A stretch of 64,000 bases of DNA from Bdellovibrionales bacterium (GCA_965219095.1 CBDCMT010000001.1:800001-864000); one strand, 5' to 3'. Positions 1-11,279 are shown, numbered from the stretch's first letter. Translations and numbers: made by a program. Notes: a model not told the origin generated them from the letters alone.

Positions 1-157
1 ACGATCTCTATAGGATCTTATCGTGCCCTCATCAAGGAAAAGAAAGGGATAACCTTTTCTGCTTTACTAAAACCCCTTCTAAGGAACACTTTAAAGATTA
101 AAAAAGACTCCCCAAGGTGATCTGCTTTTTCTATTTACTGAAATTGTATAACTGCTA

Positions 158-1201
158 TTAAGATTTTTTATAAAAAGGCTTTAATTTTTGCAATATTTCA
201 ATATTTTGTGATCCTGTGCAAAAAAGGGCTGTTTTAAGTTCTTGTTCTAATGTTTGCATTTTCTTTTCTAAAGACTCTTCGGAAATAAGAGCTTCTTTCA
301 TCATAGGCTGAGCTATTCCTGCCATTTGAGCCCCTAAAGCTAGACATAAAGCTATATCTTTTCCATTTCTTATACCTCCTGAAGCCCAAATTTTATAATG
401 AACAGAAAGTTTTGTGCTAGCTATCAGAGAGTCTTCTGTAAAAATACCCCAGTCTTTGAACGTTTCTGCTACTTTATAAAAAAGTTCATTTTCATTCCAA
501 CGTTTTTGCTCAATCCTCCCCCAATGAGTTCCTCCATATCCGCTGACATCTACAGCATAAAGACCTATTTGATCAAGACGTGCTAAAGTTTCACCTGAAA
601 AACCACAGCCTACTTCTTTTAAAACAACAGGAAGGTCTAAACTTTGGCAAAGCTTTTCTAAAGCTTTTAATCCTCCTTTAAAAAAAGGAGTTCCTTTTTT
701 TTGAAGTGCTTCTTGTAGAGGGTTTGTGTGAACAATAAGGCCTTCTGCTTCTAGGGGGTCAAGAAGTATCTTTATGGCATCAATAGAACTTGTGATCACT
801 TGAGAGAGTCCTAAATTGCCGAGTAACTTAGCTTTGGGGGCTTTTTTACGAACAAACTTCCATTCTTTAATTCCTTGTTTCGGATTGCTAAGTTCATGTC
901 TTTGAGAGCCAACACCCATAAGCCATTTTCTTTTTTCACTTACCTTTGCAAGTCTTGTGTTAATGAGAAGAGCATCTTTGTGTCCTGCTGTCATGGAACT
1001 TATGAAGATAGGAGCTTTTAGCTTCAAATCTTTAAAGATGGTTTGTTCTATACTGACATCTTGAAAGTCTATTTCAGGGAGAGCTTCATGACGAAGCTCA
1101 TAAGAAAAAGGACTCTTATTTTTAAAAATAGTCTGATTTTCGTCTTGTAAGGATAGCCGAATATGGTCCTTTTTTTTTTGCTTAAAATTTTTTATAGACA
1201 T
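158..1201 (-). CDS. fni: Type 2 (FMN-dependent) isopentenyl-diphosphate delta-isomerase
   Basis: KKDHIRL, HEALPE, ISSMTAG, MGVGSQR, KEVGCG, GGTHW and ASGGIRNG motifs; start moved to ATG 1201 (MSIKNFKQKK) rather than the TTG at 1306. Confidence 0.93.
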   Translation of the reverse strand: MSIKNFKQKKKDHIRLSLQDENQTIFKNKSPFSYELRHEALPEIDFQDVSIEQTIFKDLKLKAPIFISSMTAGHKDALLINTRLAKVSEKRKWLMGVGSQRHELSNPKQGIKEWKFVRKKAPKAKLLGNLGLSQVITSSIDAIKILLDPLEAEGLIVHTNPLQEALQKKGTPFFKGGLKALEKLCQSLDLPVVLKEVGCGFSGETLARLDQIGLYAVDVSGYGGTHWGRIEQKRWNENELFYKVAETFKDWGIFTEDSLIASTKLSVHYKIWASGGIRNGKDIALCLALGAQMAGIAQPMMKEALISEESLEKKMQTLEQELKTALFCTGSQNIEILQKLKPFYKKS

Positions 1202-1766
1202 TTTTCTGCCTTTTCCGATTCGAGAATTGCTCCTATTCCACCTTTCAATCACCTTATACTTCATAGAAATTCTCATGACAAGTCCTAAATGAAATAATTT
1301 CTTCAATTGTAAATTTTTAACTCCTATACTGCAATTATTGCTATGCTTCTACAAAGATAGATAAGAACCTCCCCTATCACTTCATTAAATGATTTTATTG
1401 TTAAATGCGACCTCAAAAATCTTATAAGCTTGCTTAATAGGTAAGACCTTTGGTTTATGCTTTTTTAAAAAAGAAAACTTCATTTGTGTCCCTCCTCCTT
1501 TGAAAAAAAGCTGTGACTTTCTTTAACATCTCAATCAATAGCGTTTTTTTGTTCTAATTCCTTTTTAGTCTCCTGATCTCTTTTTGAAGTTTTTTTGTAA
1601 CTGTTCACTCTGAACTGTGAGTTTTTCTGTTAAGAGCTATAGTGATTGTCTCTAAAGAAGAATATTCGTAACTACTCACCTACATTGTTCAGTTATCCCT
1701 AACTTTAGACCTGTTTTAAGATAAAAGTCTTGCTCATATAGATTTTCTTTTAAATACTTTTTTCAA

Positions 1767-3195
1767 ATGACAATAAATAAGACCTCCATCAGAAATGAGA
1801 TTGAAAATATAAGAAGTGACTTTGATAAGTTTGCAAAGAAAGGTTCTATGCCTACTGAGATTTCTGTGATTGTTGAATCTCTCTTTAAGGTTGTGAACAT
1901 TCTGATTGTTGTGCTTTTAGAAAAACAGGTTCGAAAAAATTCCAGCAACAGCGGTCTTCCTCCTTCGCAAGATTTTAGTCGTCAAGGGAATCGTAATAAG
2001 AAGGCTAGGGAGAGTCAAAAAAAGGGCTCTAGGCTTATCAGTAAAGATACAAAACAGCGAGGAGACTGTCTCTCCCTCAGAGTGTTCTCAGTGTGGGATG
2101 TTTTTAAAGACAGCAGAGGTAAAAAGCCTTGAGAAGCGTAAAAAGATTGATATTTTTTATGAAATTCAGACCCATACTGTAACTTCTGAGGTTAAGGATT
2201 GTCCCTCATGTGGAGCTAGAAATAAAGGTCAATTCCCTAAAGGTATGAGTGGTCCTCTTCAGTATGGTATAGGCATTAGAGCTTCCATCATCAATTTCAT
2301 TATAGTTCAGATGCTGTCTTTTCAACGTGTTGGGGAACATTACATGGGGCTTATAGGTCGAATGATTTCTCCTGCAGTTATGTTGAGATACATTGCTGAA
2401 TTAGGAGAGTTTCTTAAAAGTTGGGAAGAGCAGATGAAAGAAAAGATACTTGAATCAGAGGTCATTCATGTTGATGAGACCTCTATGAGGGTTAAGGGTA
2501 AAAACTACTGGATTCATACTTATAGTTCAGGAGAATTAGTCTTGCAGTTTCTCCACCTTTCAGGTGGAAAGGAAGCCATAAAAGATATTGGTCTCTTGGA
2601 TAGATATGCAGGAGTGCTTGTGCATGATTGTTGGAGTCCTTACTTTTGTTATGATAAGATAACTCATGCTTTGTGTGTGGCTCACCTTTTGAGAGAGCTT
2701 AAATTTATAGAAGAAAGCAATGGATTCAAATGGGCTACAAATCTCAAAAAACTTCTTAAAGAGACTGTGGAGCTAGTTCATAAAAAAGAGTCAAGAGTTC
2801 TGACTCAAAAAGAGTACGAAACTCTTCAGAGAAGGTATAGGAGTATTCTTACAAAAGGCTTAAAAGAGCTTCCAGAATTTCCTAAAAAAAATGGCAAGAA
2901 AGGACGAATAAAGCATACACAAGCTCAAAACCTTTGGCTGCGATTTAAAAAGTATGAAGCAGAAATACTGTGCTTTGCTAAAAGAAAGAACGTAGATCCT
3001 ACTAATAACAGAGCTGAAAGAGATCTAAGAATGACTAAAGTGAAAAAGAAAGTGTCAGGGTGTTTCAGAACAGAAGAAATGGCGAAATATTTTTGTCGTA
3101 TTACCAGCTATGTTAAAACAATGAGAAATAGAGGGTATTCTTCTTTAGAAGCCATCTCTATGGCTTTAAATAAAAATGTAATAGACGTTATATGA
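1767..3195 (+). pseudogene. IS66-family transposase, frameshifted near 2050 (ORFs 1767-2132 and 2098-3195)
   Basis: KNSSNSGLPPSQD, zinc-finger CPSCG, HVDET, LVHDCW, ALCVAHLLREL and PTNNRAERDLR motifs. Confidence 0.88.
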
Positions 3196-4390
3196 TCTGA
3201 CAGTTACCCTTTCTGGGTTGATAAAAAACTGTCTGTCAGTTTTCGTTCTGTTCAATCATCTTTTGCCTTACTTTTTGTTTTCCGTCAAGGAAAGTTTCCA
3301 TAGGTGTTCGACCACAACACATTTTTCCCTGATGAGTCCTCCTTTCATTATATTTTACAAGCCACAAGTCAAGGTCAGACTGCAACTCTTCTATGCTTTT
3401 GTACACTTTTTTTCTAAACTCCACTTGATAAAACTCCTCTAAAATTGTTCTATGAAATCTTTCACAGATGCCATTGGTTTGAGGATGTCTTGCCTTTGTT
3501 TTTGTGTGCTCTATATCATTGATAGCCAAATAAAGCTCATAATCGTGACGATCTTGAACTCCACAGAACTCTGTACCTCTATCTGTTAACATACGAAGCA
3601 GGGGCACATCATGGTCTTCAAAAAAAGGGAACACTCTATCATTGAGAAGGTCAGCTGCTGTGATAGGTGTTTTCGTTTTATAGAGCTTACAGAAAGCAAC
3701 TTTTGAGTAAGTGTCCACAAAGGTTTGTTGATAAAGACGTCCTACACCTTTCATAGTTCCCACATAAAAAGTGTCCTGTGAGCCTAAATAACCAGGATGA
3801 GCTGTCTCTACCTCTCCGCACTCTAAATCCTCTTGTTTCTTCTTCTCTAGGGCTTGTAACTGCTCCTCTGTGAAAACCAAGCCTTCCTCTGCAGACTTCT
3901 TTTCTAAAGCTTTCAAACGCTTTTTGAAAGTCTCTAAATTATTTCTCAGCCAGACCCCTCTAACTCCTGCAGGAGAAATAAAAATTCCTTTTTTCCTTAA
4001 CTCATTGGACGCTCTCAACTGTCCATAGGCAGGAAGTTCTATAGCGATCCTTAAACAAGCCTCTTCTGTCGTTTGATCAACTCTGTTTTTTAAATTAGGC
4101 TTTCTACGACTTTGCTCTCTTAATGATTCTAAACCTCCTTCCTCTTTGAGTGTCTTGTAACGATAAAATGTATCTCTTGAAAAGCCCATCACCTTACAAG
4201 CTTGAGATACATTGCCTAACTCTTCTGCTAATTGCAAAAGACCTACTTTTGATTTTATAATTCTTTCTTGATATGTCATTTTTGTTATCCTTTCTCCACC
4301 CTTTGGGGTGGTATTGTTTATTTAAAAGGGTAACCTCTTTTCATCTCTTTGACATTTCGAGACGTGTCAGATTAAGTTGCGACTATTACA
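3177..4390 (-). mobile_element. IS481-family element, apparently intact
   Basis: IRs TGTAATAGACG..ATCTGACA / TGTAATAGTCG..ATCTGACA; flanking duplication AATAAAAA. Confidence 0.9.
3236..4279 (-). CDS. IS481-family transposase
   Basis: N-terminal HTH (GNVSQACKVMGFSRDTFYRYK), SQDTFYVG, LTDRGTEFCG, PQTNGICERFH. Confidence 0.93.
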   Translation of the reverse strand: MTYQERIIKSKVGLLQLAEELGNVSQACKVMGFSRDTFYRYKTLKEEGGLESLREQSRRKPNLKNRVDQTTEEACLRIAIELPAYGQLRASNELRKKGIFISPAGVRGVWLRNNLETFKKRLKALEKKSAEEGLVFTEEQLQALEKKKQEDLECGEVETAHPGYLGSQDTFYVGTMKGVGRLYQQTFVDTYSKVAFCKLYKTKTPITAADLLNDRVFPFFEDHDVPLLRMLTDRGTEFCGVQDRHDYELYLAINDIEHTKTKARHPQTNGICERFHRTILEEFYQVEFRKKVYKSIEELQSDLDLWLVKYNERRTHQGKMCCGRTPMETFLDGKQKVRQKMIEQNEN

Positions 4391-4691
4391 AATAAAAACT
4401 TACGAGAGTGAGCAGTTACGTTTTTTTAATATCTGGATTCAAGCTGGAAGAACTCTTCGCCTTGCTCCTCTATCTTTGTAAGTTAGAAAGAGAAGTTCCT
4501 AATTTTTTTGTAGTCTCAAAAGACCCTATCATTCCAGTTAACTCATAGCCTGTTGTTTGAATTCATCTGTAAACTTTTACTTGCTTTTTTTCAAGTAAAC
4601 TTTCTGAACATTTTAAGCAAAAATTCATGTTATAAGTTTTCTTGATAAATGCGTCATTTTAGTGATAATTTTAGTTGCATGAATCTCTTGA

Positions 4692-7010
4692 TTAATCTAA
4701 TCGGAATAAATGTCTTTTCAAGTAATAAGAGTTGATAGGACCCCAAGCTTCTTCCCAAGTTAAAGCATTGTACTTAAAATAAGAACGCATGATAGAGTTT
4801 TCTGTTCCACGAAAACTTTTACCTCCATTACAACCACCCCAGAGTTCCCCCTCATAGTCTTCAATGCTTGTCCTTGCCGTTTCTTCTGTTTCTTCTACTA
4901 TATTCTGATTCCTTTGAGAATAAAAAGGAACCTTTTCAGCATGAGTCCAAGGATTTAAAACGTCTTTATCAAAGCTAAAATCTAAAACTTTTTTAGGATC
5001 AGAAATGCCTTGCGTGTTGAAAGGATAAAATAGGCTTTCACTATTACTTTCATTTCTATGAACAACTTGAGAGATTATGGCTGTTGTGTTTTGAAGAGTT
5101 GTTTTTGAAAAATCTGATGTTTCATATTTTTCAAAGCAGTTGTTTTTAAAAGCATTACTTGTCTTTATGTTTAAATCTTCTGCAGTAGGTTCTGTATTAC
5201 TACTTCGTGTATGGTAGCTGTAGTATTCATCACTAAGATCTCCAAATACATGGCCGAATTCGTGTATTCCTGTAATAGCAAATAAATCTGGATGGATTCC
5301 CATAGACGCTACCCAGCCTCCGTAAAATTCAAAAGGAGGAAGATAGATAACACGAGGAGCTGGATGAATATTACCAGGTTTACTGGGAGCATAAGCCCCT
5401 TGTACACCATCAGAAACATAAATCACTAAATCAAATTTTTTAGATTTATTGTGAGTGTTTTTAAAAAAGTTTATGAATCGGTTTTGTGATCTTTCAATTT
5501 GTTCTTTGTGAAGACACCTGTCATCAGTTGTTCCTGTATTACTCTCACAATTAAGCTCATCATCATTGTACTTTTTGAGAGCTAAGGCATCAAAGTAATA
5601 ACGTCCTGCTGAAAAATCGATATAGTTTTTCAAACTCTCATCTTTTTGTTTAAATGCCAAAAATATTTCATCATTATTGTTAGTTTCAGAAATTTTTTTT
5701 ATGAAAAATTCTGATAAATCTCTTTTAACCTCTTCTTGTTTTTCAGAAGAAACATTCTCTTTGAAAAGAAATGTATTTGTATCGTCCGTACTGATTTTTC
5801 CAAATTGAATACGAAATTTATTTTTATGATCCTTGAAGACCTTAGTCTTAAACAAGGAAAAAGGACCTTCTCCAAAAAGGGAGTTTAATTTATAAGAGAT
5901 TTGTTCTTTAGAATGGTTTTCAAAAACAATGCCAATATCATATTTTTCATCATCAGGTCTTGAATAGTGTTTTTTTCCTAAGTAATATTTCATATGACCT
6001 TCTTCAGGCATGTTTAGAAGTTTATAATGAGAGGGCAAGGGGCTGTTGAAAAAATTGTGAAATTGAGAGTTATAATTTTGTTCAAGGAGGCTTTCTACTT
6101 TAGGCAACGAAGTAAAAGGCATAATATCTTTAAGTTCATGTCTTCCGTCAGCAATTTTAATCACTGTGGCTTTTTTACTTTTAAGGAAAGAGTGTTCTTC
6201 AGGCGAGAGTCTTCCCACAGATCTATCTTTTTCATTGTACACATACATCATATTTTCTAAATTAATATTCAAAAGCCTTGAGTAAGAAGGTTCTCCTAAG
6301 ATAGCTTGAAGTCTTCCTTGAGACAATAATGTCTGTTTTTCTTGTTCTCCTATATTCTCTGGAAGTTCATCGCAATCTTGTTCCTTAAAACTGACACCGT
6401 CTTCTTCAAATTCTCCTCCGCATCCTTCACGAAAAGCTTCTACTACATTTTGAGGCATATCAATTCGGCCTGCTTAGACAAGGATTTTATCAAAATGATT
6501 TCCATAGTGAACAAGAGTGTAGAGAGTTAGAAAGGACCCAAAAGAATGGGAGAGAAGATAAACAGCTTTTCCTTGTCCTTTAAAATGCTGGGTCACTTTG
6601 TAAAGGATAGCGGCAGATTTTAGACTGGCTTTTCTAGCATCTTCTACAGAAATGATCTGACTGCTATCGATAAGACGAGAGTCTAAGCAATCACTTTCAC
6701 CGACTGGAAGGGTTTGTGCTTGATGAACATAAACGACAGTAAAAAAAGAATGAAAGCCTTTAAAGTAATTCTTTTTTAAAGAAGAGAGTGGTCCTCCTTG
6801 AACGGCAAGGAGGACCACTTGGGTTTTTTCACTAAAGCCTTCGACTAGCTCGTAGTACTTTGAAGGAGCATCTAGGCTTTCAAGCATTTCTAAGGCTTTT
6901 TGTTCAGAATGGGATTTGAAAACTGAAACTTTGTCCTGACAACCAGTCAACATTAAAAAACTTAGAAATATTAAAGGTTTTTTTAGCAAGATAGGTTTCA
7001 TGTTTTGCAT
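4692..7010 (-). pseudogene. Lipoprotein fusion of alpha/beta hydrolase and M64-like zinc metallopeptidase, split by one in-frame TAA at 6474-6476
   Basis: Lipobox LTGC, QGGP, SHSFG nucleophile elbow; the frame continues V*AGRIDMPQ into the 588-aa ORF, which has candidate Asp/His (EKD, GRH), HEFGHVFGDLSDEY and FRGTENSIMR. Confidence 0.7.
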
Positions 7011-7017
7011 GATTACT

Positions 7018-7044
7018 TGCTCGGTTAAAAGTAGACTAAAGTTA
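7018..7044 (-). promoter_or_regulatory. Candidate sigma-28 (FliA)-like promoter
   Basis: TAAC-N15-ACCGAGCA versus consensus TAAA-N15-GCCGATAA; shares the CTATTAA context with the site at 30643. Confidence 0.35.
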
Positions 7045-7083
7045 ATAGGACTTTTGTCTTTTTTTTAACTTTGTTAGAGGTAG

Positions 7084-7131
7084 AAACATCCTCCTCAGTA
7101 GGAGTTAAGGGCTGTTAAGAAACCGACTTAC
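7084..7131 (-). repeat. Orphan end of the GTAAGTCGG.. IS66-like MITE family
   Basis: Reverse complement GTAAGTCGGTTTCTTAACAGCCCTTAACTCCTAC; related copies at 9498, 11573, 26140, 26397, 30488, 34563. Confidence 0.7.
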
Positions 7132-7270
7132 AATGTTTCATAGTATTTGTTGTAAAGAACTTTTTTCTTGCTTGACTGCCTGGTCATCCATATGAGTATA
7201 AAAGTCAAAACTTGGGTTAATAAAGGGGAAACGTACCAATCACATAATGCGTTTACCAAAGAGGAATGAT

Positions 7271-8611
7271 TTAATATCTATAATTTTCAGATTTAAAAGG
7301 ACCCTTTTTAGGAATTTCCAAATACTCTGATTGTTTAGGAGTGAGTTCTGTGAGCTTGACTCCTAGTTGATCTAAATGAAGGTGAGCAACTTTTTCATCT
7401 AAGTGCTTAGGAAGACAATAAACCTTTCCTTTTTGGTAAAAATTTGTTTGTTGTTGATGATGTTTCCATAACTCCATTTGGGCTAAAACTTGGTTGGTAA
7501 AGGAGTTACTCATAACAAAGGAAGGATGTCCTGTGGCACAACCTAAATTTACAAGGCGACCTTTTGCTAAAACAAGTATTTCTTTTTTGTTAGCTAAGGT
7601 GTGGATATCTACTTGTGGTTTTATTTCTCGAACTTGAGAGTTTTTATTTAACCACTCCATATCGATTTCTACATCAAAATGGCCAATGTTGCACACAATG
7701 GCTCCTGACTTCATAGCTTCAAACTCTGATTTTGTGATTACATCACAACAGCCCGTAGCTGTTACAAAAATATTGGCTTCTTTGCAAGCTTCTTTCATGG
7801 TTGTGACTTCGTAACCTTCCATACTGGCTTGAAGAGCACAGATAGGATCAATTTCTGTTATTAAACCACGAGCTCCATAGGCTTTCATAGAATGAGCACA
7901 ACCTTTTCCCACATCTCCATAACCTGCAATAGCAACAACCTTTCCCGCAATCATCACATCTGTGGCACGTTTGATTCCATCGGCTAGGGATTCTTTGCAA
8001 CCATAGAGATTATCAAATTTTGATTTCGTTACAGAATCATTGACGTTGATGGCAGGAACTTTGAGAGCATTTTTTTTAGCTCTTTTATATAAATTATGAA
8101 CTCCTGTTGTGGTCTCTTCTGAAAGGCCTATGATTTTGTCTAATAGTTTTTTATAGTGCATTTCATGCATAAGGTTCGTCAGATCACCTCCATCATCTAA
8201 GATCAAATCAAAGCCCTCACTCCAACCCTCAATGGTTTGTTTTATGCACCAAAGGTATTCTTCCTCTGTTTCTCCTTTCCAAGCAAAAACAGGAACACCT
8301 CTTTCTGCCATAGCTACGGCCGCATGATCTTGAGTGGAATAAATGTTACAAGAACTCCACCTCGCTTCAGCTCCTAGTTCTATAAGTGTTTCGATAAGGA
8401 CAGCTGTTTGAATGGTCATATGAAGACAGCCTGTAATGCGAGCTCCTTTTAAGGGTTTTAGATTTCCATACTCTTTTCTTAAACTCATAAGCCCCGGCAT
8501 TTCTTGTTCTGCAATTTGGATTTCCTCTCTTCCCCAATGTGCCATCTTTTGAAATTTTTCTTCACTTTCCATAGCTTTTTGGCATACACGATAGTCTTTT
8601 TTGTTTTCCAT
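7271..8611 (-). CDS. ahcY: Adenosylhomocysteinase
   Basis: [55 protein letters not shown]. Confidence 0.97.
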   Translation of the reverse strand: MENKKDYRVCQKAMESEEKFQKMAHWGREEIQIAEQEMPGLMSLRKEYGNLKPLKGARITGCLHMTIQTAVLIETLIELGAEARWSSCNIYSTQDHAAVAMAERGVPVFAWKGETEEEYLWCIKQTIEGWSEGFDLILDDGGDLTNLMHEMHYKKLLDKIIGLSEETTTGVHNLYKRAKKNALKVPAINVNDSVTKSKFDNLYGCKESLADGIKRATDVMIAGKVVAIAGYGDVGKGCAHSMKAYGARGLITEIDPICALQASMEGYEVTTMKEACKEANIFVTATGCCDVITKSEFEAMKSGAIVCNIGHFDVEIDMEWLNKNSQVREIKPQVDIHTLANKKEILVLAKGRLVNLGCATGHPSFVMSNSFTNQVLAQMELWKHHQQQTNFYQKGKVYCLPKHLDEKVAHLHLDQLGVKLTELTPKQSEYLEIPKKGPFKSENYRY

Positions 8612-8665
8612 AAATCTCCTAGAAACTTTATTTGCTATACCACTTTATCTTATTTTATAAGAAAA

Positions 8666-9430
8666 TCAATCACAAGCAGTAAGGATTTCATAACCTGTGT
8701 TTGTGATTAAAATGGTATGTTCAAACTGAGCTGAAAGGCTTTGATCCGAGGTCTCATATTCTTTGATAGTAGAATCTTGTATAGGAAGTTCTAAAATGGG
8801 TTCTTGAGTTTCATTGATCATAGGCTCTACAGTAATACAAGTCCAAGGGATGAGAGGATCTCCTTTGCCTTTCTTGCCAAAAGAGGGAATAAAAGGATCT
8901 TGGTGAAATTTTTTACCAATCCCATGTCCTCCAATTTCTAAAACAGGAAAAAAACCCTTTCTTTTAACGTATTTTGAGATGGCAAAACCAATGTCTCCTG
9001 TCCTACCATGGGGTTTTATAGCTTCAATCCCTTTCCTCATAGCCTCATAAGCACAATCTTTTATTTTTTGAGCCTCTAAAGACACCTCGCCCACAAAGAA
9101 AGTATAGGAGGTATCTCCATAAAAGCCATCTTTCACACAAGTGATGTCAATGTTAATAATATCTCCCTTTTTTAAGACCTGATTCTTTCTAGGAATTCCA
9201 TGACAGATGCAGTGATTGACTGATGTACAAATGGACTTCGGAAAACCTTTGTAGTTAAGAGGAGCGGGTACAGCATTTTGGCTTACAATGTACTCATAGG
9301 CCATTTTATCAAGCTCTTCTGTAGTTATATTCTCTCTCACATAGCGACCTATGTGCTTTAATGTTTTCGCTGCCAAATGGCAGGATTTTTTCATTAAATC
9401 AATTTCCTGTGGGTTAAGAGGTGTCGGCAT
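8666..9430 (-). CDS. map: Type I methionine aminopeptidase
   Basis: GFPKSICTSVN, CHGIP, GDIINIDIT, GHGIG, EPMIN, SAQFEHT. Confidence 0.96.
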   Translation of the reverse strand: MPTPLNPQEIDLMKKSCHLAAKTLKHIGRYVRENITTEELDKMAYEYIVSQNAVPAPLNYKGFPKSICTSVNHCICHGIPRKNQVLKKGDIINIDITCVKDGFYGDTSYTFFVGEVSLEAQKIKDCAYEAMRKGIEAIKPHGRTGDIGFAISKYVKRKGFFPVLEIGGHGIGKKFHQDPFIPSFGKKGKGDPLIPWTCITVEPMINETQEPILELPIQDSTIKEYETSDQSLSAQFEHTILITNTGYEILTACD

Positions 9431-9519
9431 GATTGTCTTATATCAGATTTTTTAAAAAAAGAAAGCTCAAAAAAGACTTTCACCTATTGATTTTACCGTA
9501 ACTCGGTTATATGACCGCC

Positions 9520-10612
9520 CTATCTGAGCTTGAATTTCTTTTTCACCTTAGTCATTCTTAGATCTCTTTCAGCTCTGTTATTAGTAGGATCTACGTTCTT
9601 TCTTTTAGCAAAACACAGTATTTCTGCTTCATACTTTTTAAATCGCAGCCAAAGGTTTTGAGCTTGTGTATGCTTTATTCGTCCTTTCTTGCCATTTTTT
9701 TTAGGAAATTCTGGAAGCTCTTTTAAGCCTTTTGTAAGAATACTCCTATACCTTCTCTGAAGAGTTTCGTACTCTTTTTGAGTCAGAACTCTTGACTCTT
9801 TTTTATGAACTAGCTCCACAGTCTCTTTAAGAAGTTTTTTGAGATTTGTAGCCCATTTGAATCCATTGCTTTCTTCTATAAATTTAAGCTCTCTCAAAAG
9901 GTGAGCCACACACAAAGCATGAGTTATCTTATCATAACAAAAGTAAGGACTCCAACAATCATGCACAAGCACTCCTCCATATCTATCCAAGAGACCAATA
10001 TCTTTTATGGCTTCCCTTCCACCTGAAAGGTGGAGAAACTGCAAGACTAATTCTCCTGAACTATAAGTATGAATCCAGTAGTTTTTACCCTTAACCCTCA
10101 TAGAGGTCTCATCAACATGAATGACCTCTGATTCAAGTATCTTTTCTTTCATCTGCTCTTCCCAACTTTTAAGAAACTCTCCTAATTCAGCAATGTATCT
10201 CAACATAACTGCAGGAGAAATCATTCGACCTATAAGCCCCATGTAATGTTTGAACTTCCCCCAAAAAAGTGGACAGTTTTTTGGGGGAAGATCAGTTCCC
10301 CAACACGTTGAAAAGACAGCATCTGAACTATAATGAAATTGATGATGGAAGCTCTAATGCCTACACCATACTGAAGAGGACCACTCATACCTTTAGGAAA
10401 TTGACCTTTATTTCTAGCTCCACATGAGGGACAATTCTTAACCTCAGAAGTTACAGTATGGGTCTGAATTTCATAAAAAATATCAATCTTTTTACGCTTC
10501 TCAAGGCTTTTTACCTCTGCTGTCTTTAAAAACATCCCACACTGAGAACACTCTGAGGGAGAGACAGTCTCCTCACTGTTTGTATCTTTACTGTTATCAA
10601 GTCTAGAGCCCT
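9520..10612 (-). mobile_element. Truncated IS66 transposase copy interrupted by a 44-bp IS3-type hairpin
   Basis: Near-identical to about 2020-3050; both ends missing. Confidence 0.88.
10251..10294. mobile_element. 44-bp collapsed IS3-family remnant (IR hairpin)
   Basis: TGAACTTCCCCCAAAAAA-GTGGACAG-TTTTTTGGGGGAAGATCA with TG..CA ends and 3-bp TSD GTT; absent from the other IS66 copies. Confidence 0.85.
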
Positions 10613-11002
10613 TTCTCTTTTACATAAAACATAGCCTTAAATCTCATTTCAGGATTTCCTTTGAAAAAAAAGCCGCTGCCTCTTTCAATATACCTACACT
10701 CCGCCTCTCATAGACCAGCTCCTTTTTTAACCTCTTTATTTCCTCCAATGCCGAAGCCAAGTCATGGGAAGCTTGTCTTTCTACTTCAGGCTTTAGAAAA
10801 CGCTTCCAAGAGCTTATCACTTGGAAATTTCTCAGTCCTAGCTTCTCTGAGGCTTCCTTTGCACCTATTTCCTCTGCCAATTCAATGGCTTGCTTTTTAA
10901 ACTCTTCCGAGTACTGTTTTACTTTTTCCATTCTTTCTTTTACCTCCATTTTATGGAGACTTTAAGAGAAAATTGACTGTCCGCAGAAACAGGGGAAGTT
11001 CA
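10613..11002 (-). mobile_element. IS3-family left end with orfA (10644-10949); orfB truncated
   Basis: IRL TGAACTTCCCCTGTTTCTGCGGACA ending at 11002; orfA YSEEFKKQAIEL..ILKEAAAFF. Confidence 0.85.
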
Positions 11003-11210
11003 ATCCTTTAATTCTGAATACAACCACTATCGAAGTTGTAGTCTCTTCGATAGTCAATATCTTCTTACCTTTCAGAGTTTTTAAATAGGCACGAAGATTT
11101 CCAAGATCTGAAATCGTGTCCATAGTCTTAATATCTTTTGATTTGCCTGTCATCCTTGCAATGGCCATGTTACTTTGTGCCCAATCTACGGCTATATAGT
11201 GATCATACAT
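11003..11210 (-). pseudogene. IS110-family recombinase N-terminal fragment, cut by IS3
   Basis: MYDHYIAVDWAQ..LTIEETTT resembles the RuvC-like DEDD N-terminus; strong RBS AAGGAGG. Confidence 0.7.
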
Positions 11211-11279
11211 TTTATTTTCCTCCTTTGTTGGTTTATTTATAAATAAAGTCTTGAAATCCTATTTTACATCTTTTTTTTG

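Larger units (their letters stand above)
1597..4419 (+). mobile_element. IS66-family element containing a nested IS481
   Basis: Terminal IRs GTAACTGTTCACTCT / GTAACTGCTCACTCT; 8-bp target duplication GTTTTTTT at 1589-1596 and 4420-4427. Confidence 0.9.
1330..4600 (-). pseudogene. Decayed IS3-family orfA/orfB remnant split by the IS66 insertion (pieces about 4428-4600 and 1330-1596)
   Basis: Minus strand reads FTDEFKQQAM right of the IS66 and, with frameshifts, KLQKEIRRLK..ELEQK..MLKKVTAFF then MKFSFFKKHK left of it; boundaries approximate. Confidence 0.55.

Noticed and set aside
1668..1680. GTAACTACTCACC as the IS66 left end
   Set aside because: The 8-bp TSD matches only the end at 1597; this is at most an internal or older end.
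8612..8665. SAH riboswitch upstream of ahcY
   Set aside because: Only 54 AT-rich nt separate map and ahcY, with no recognisable motif.
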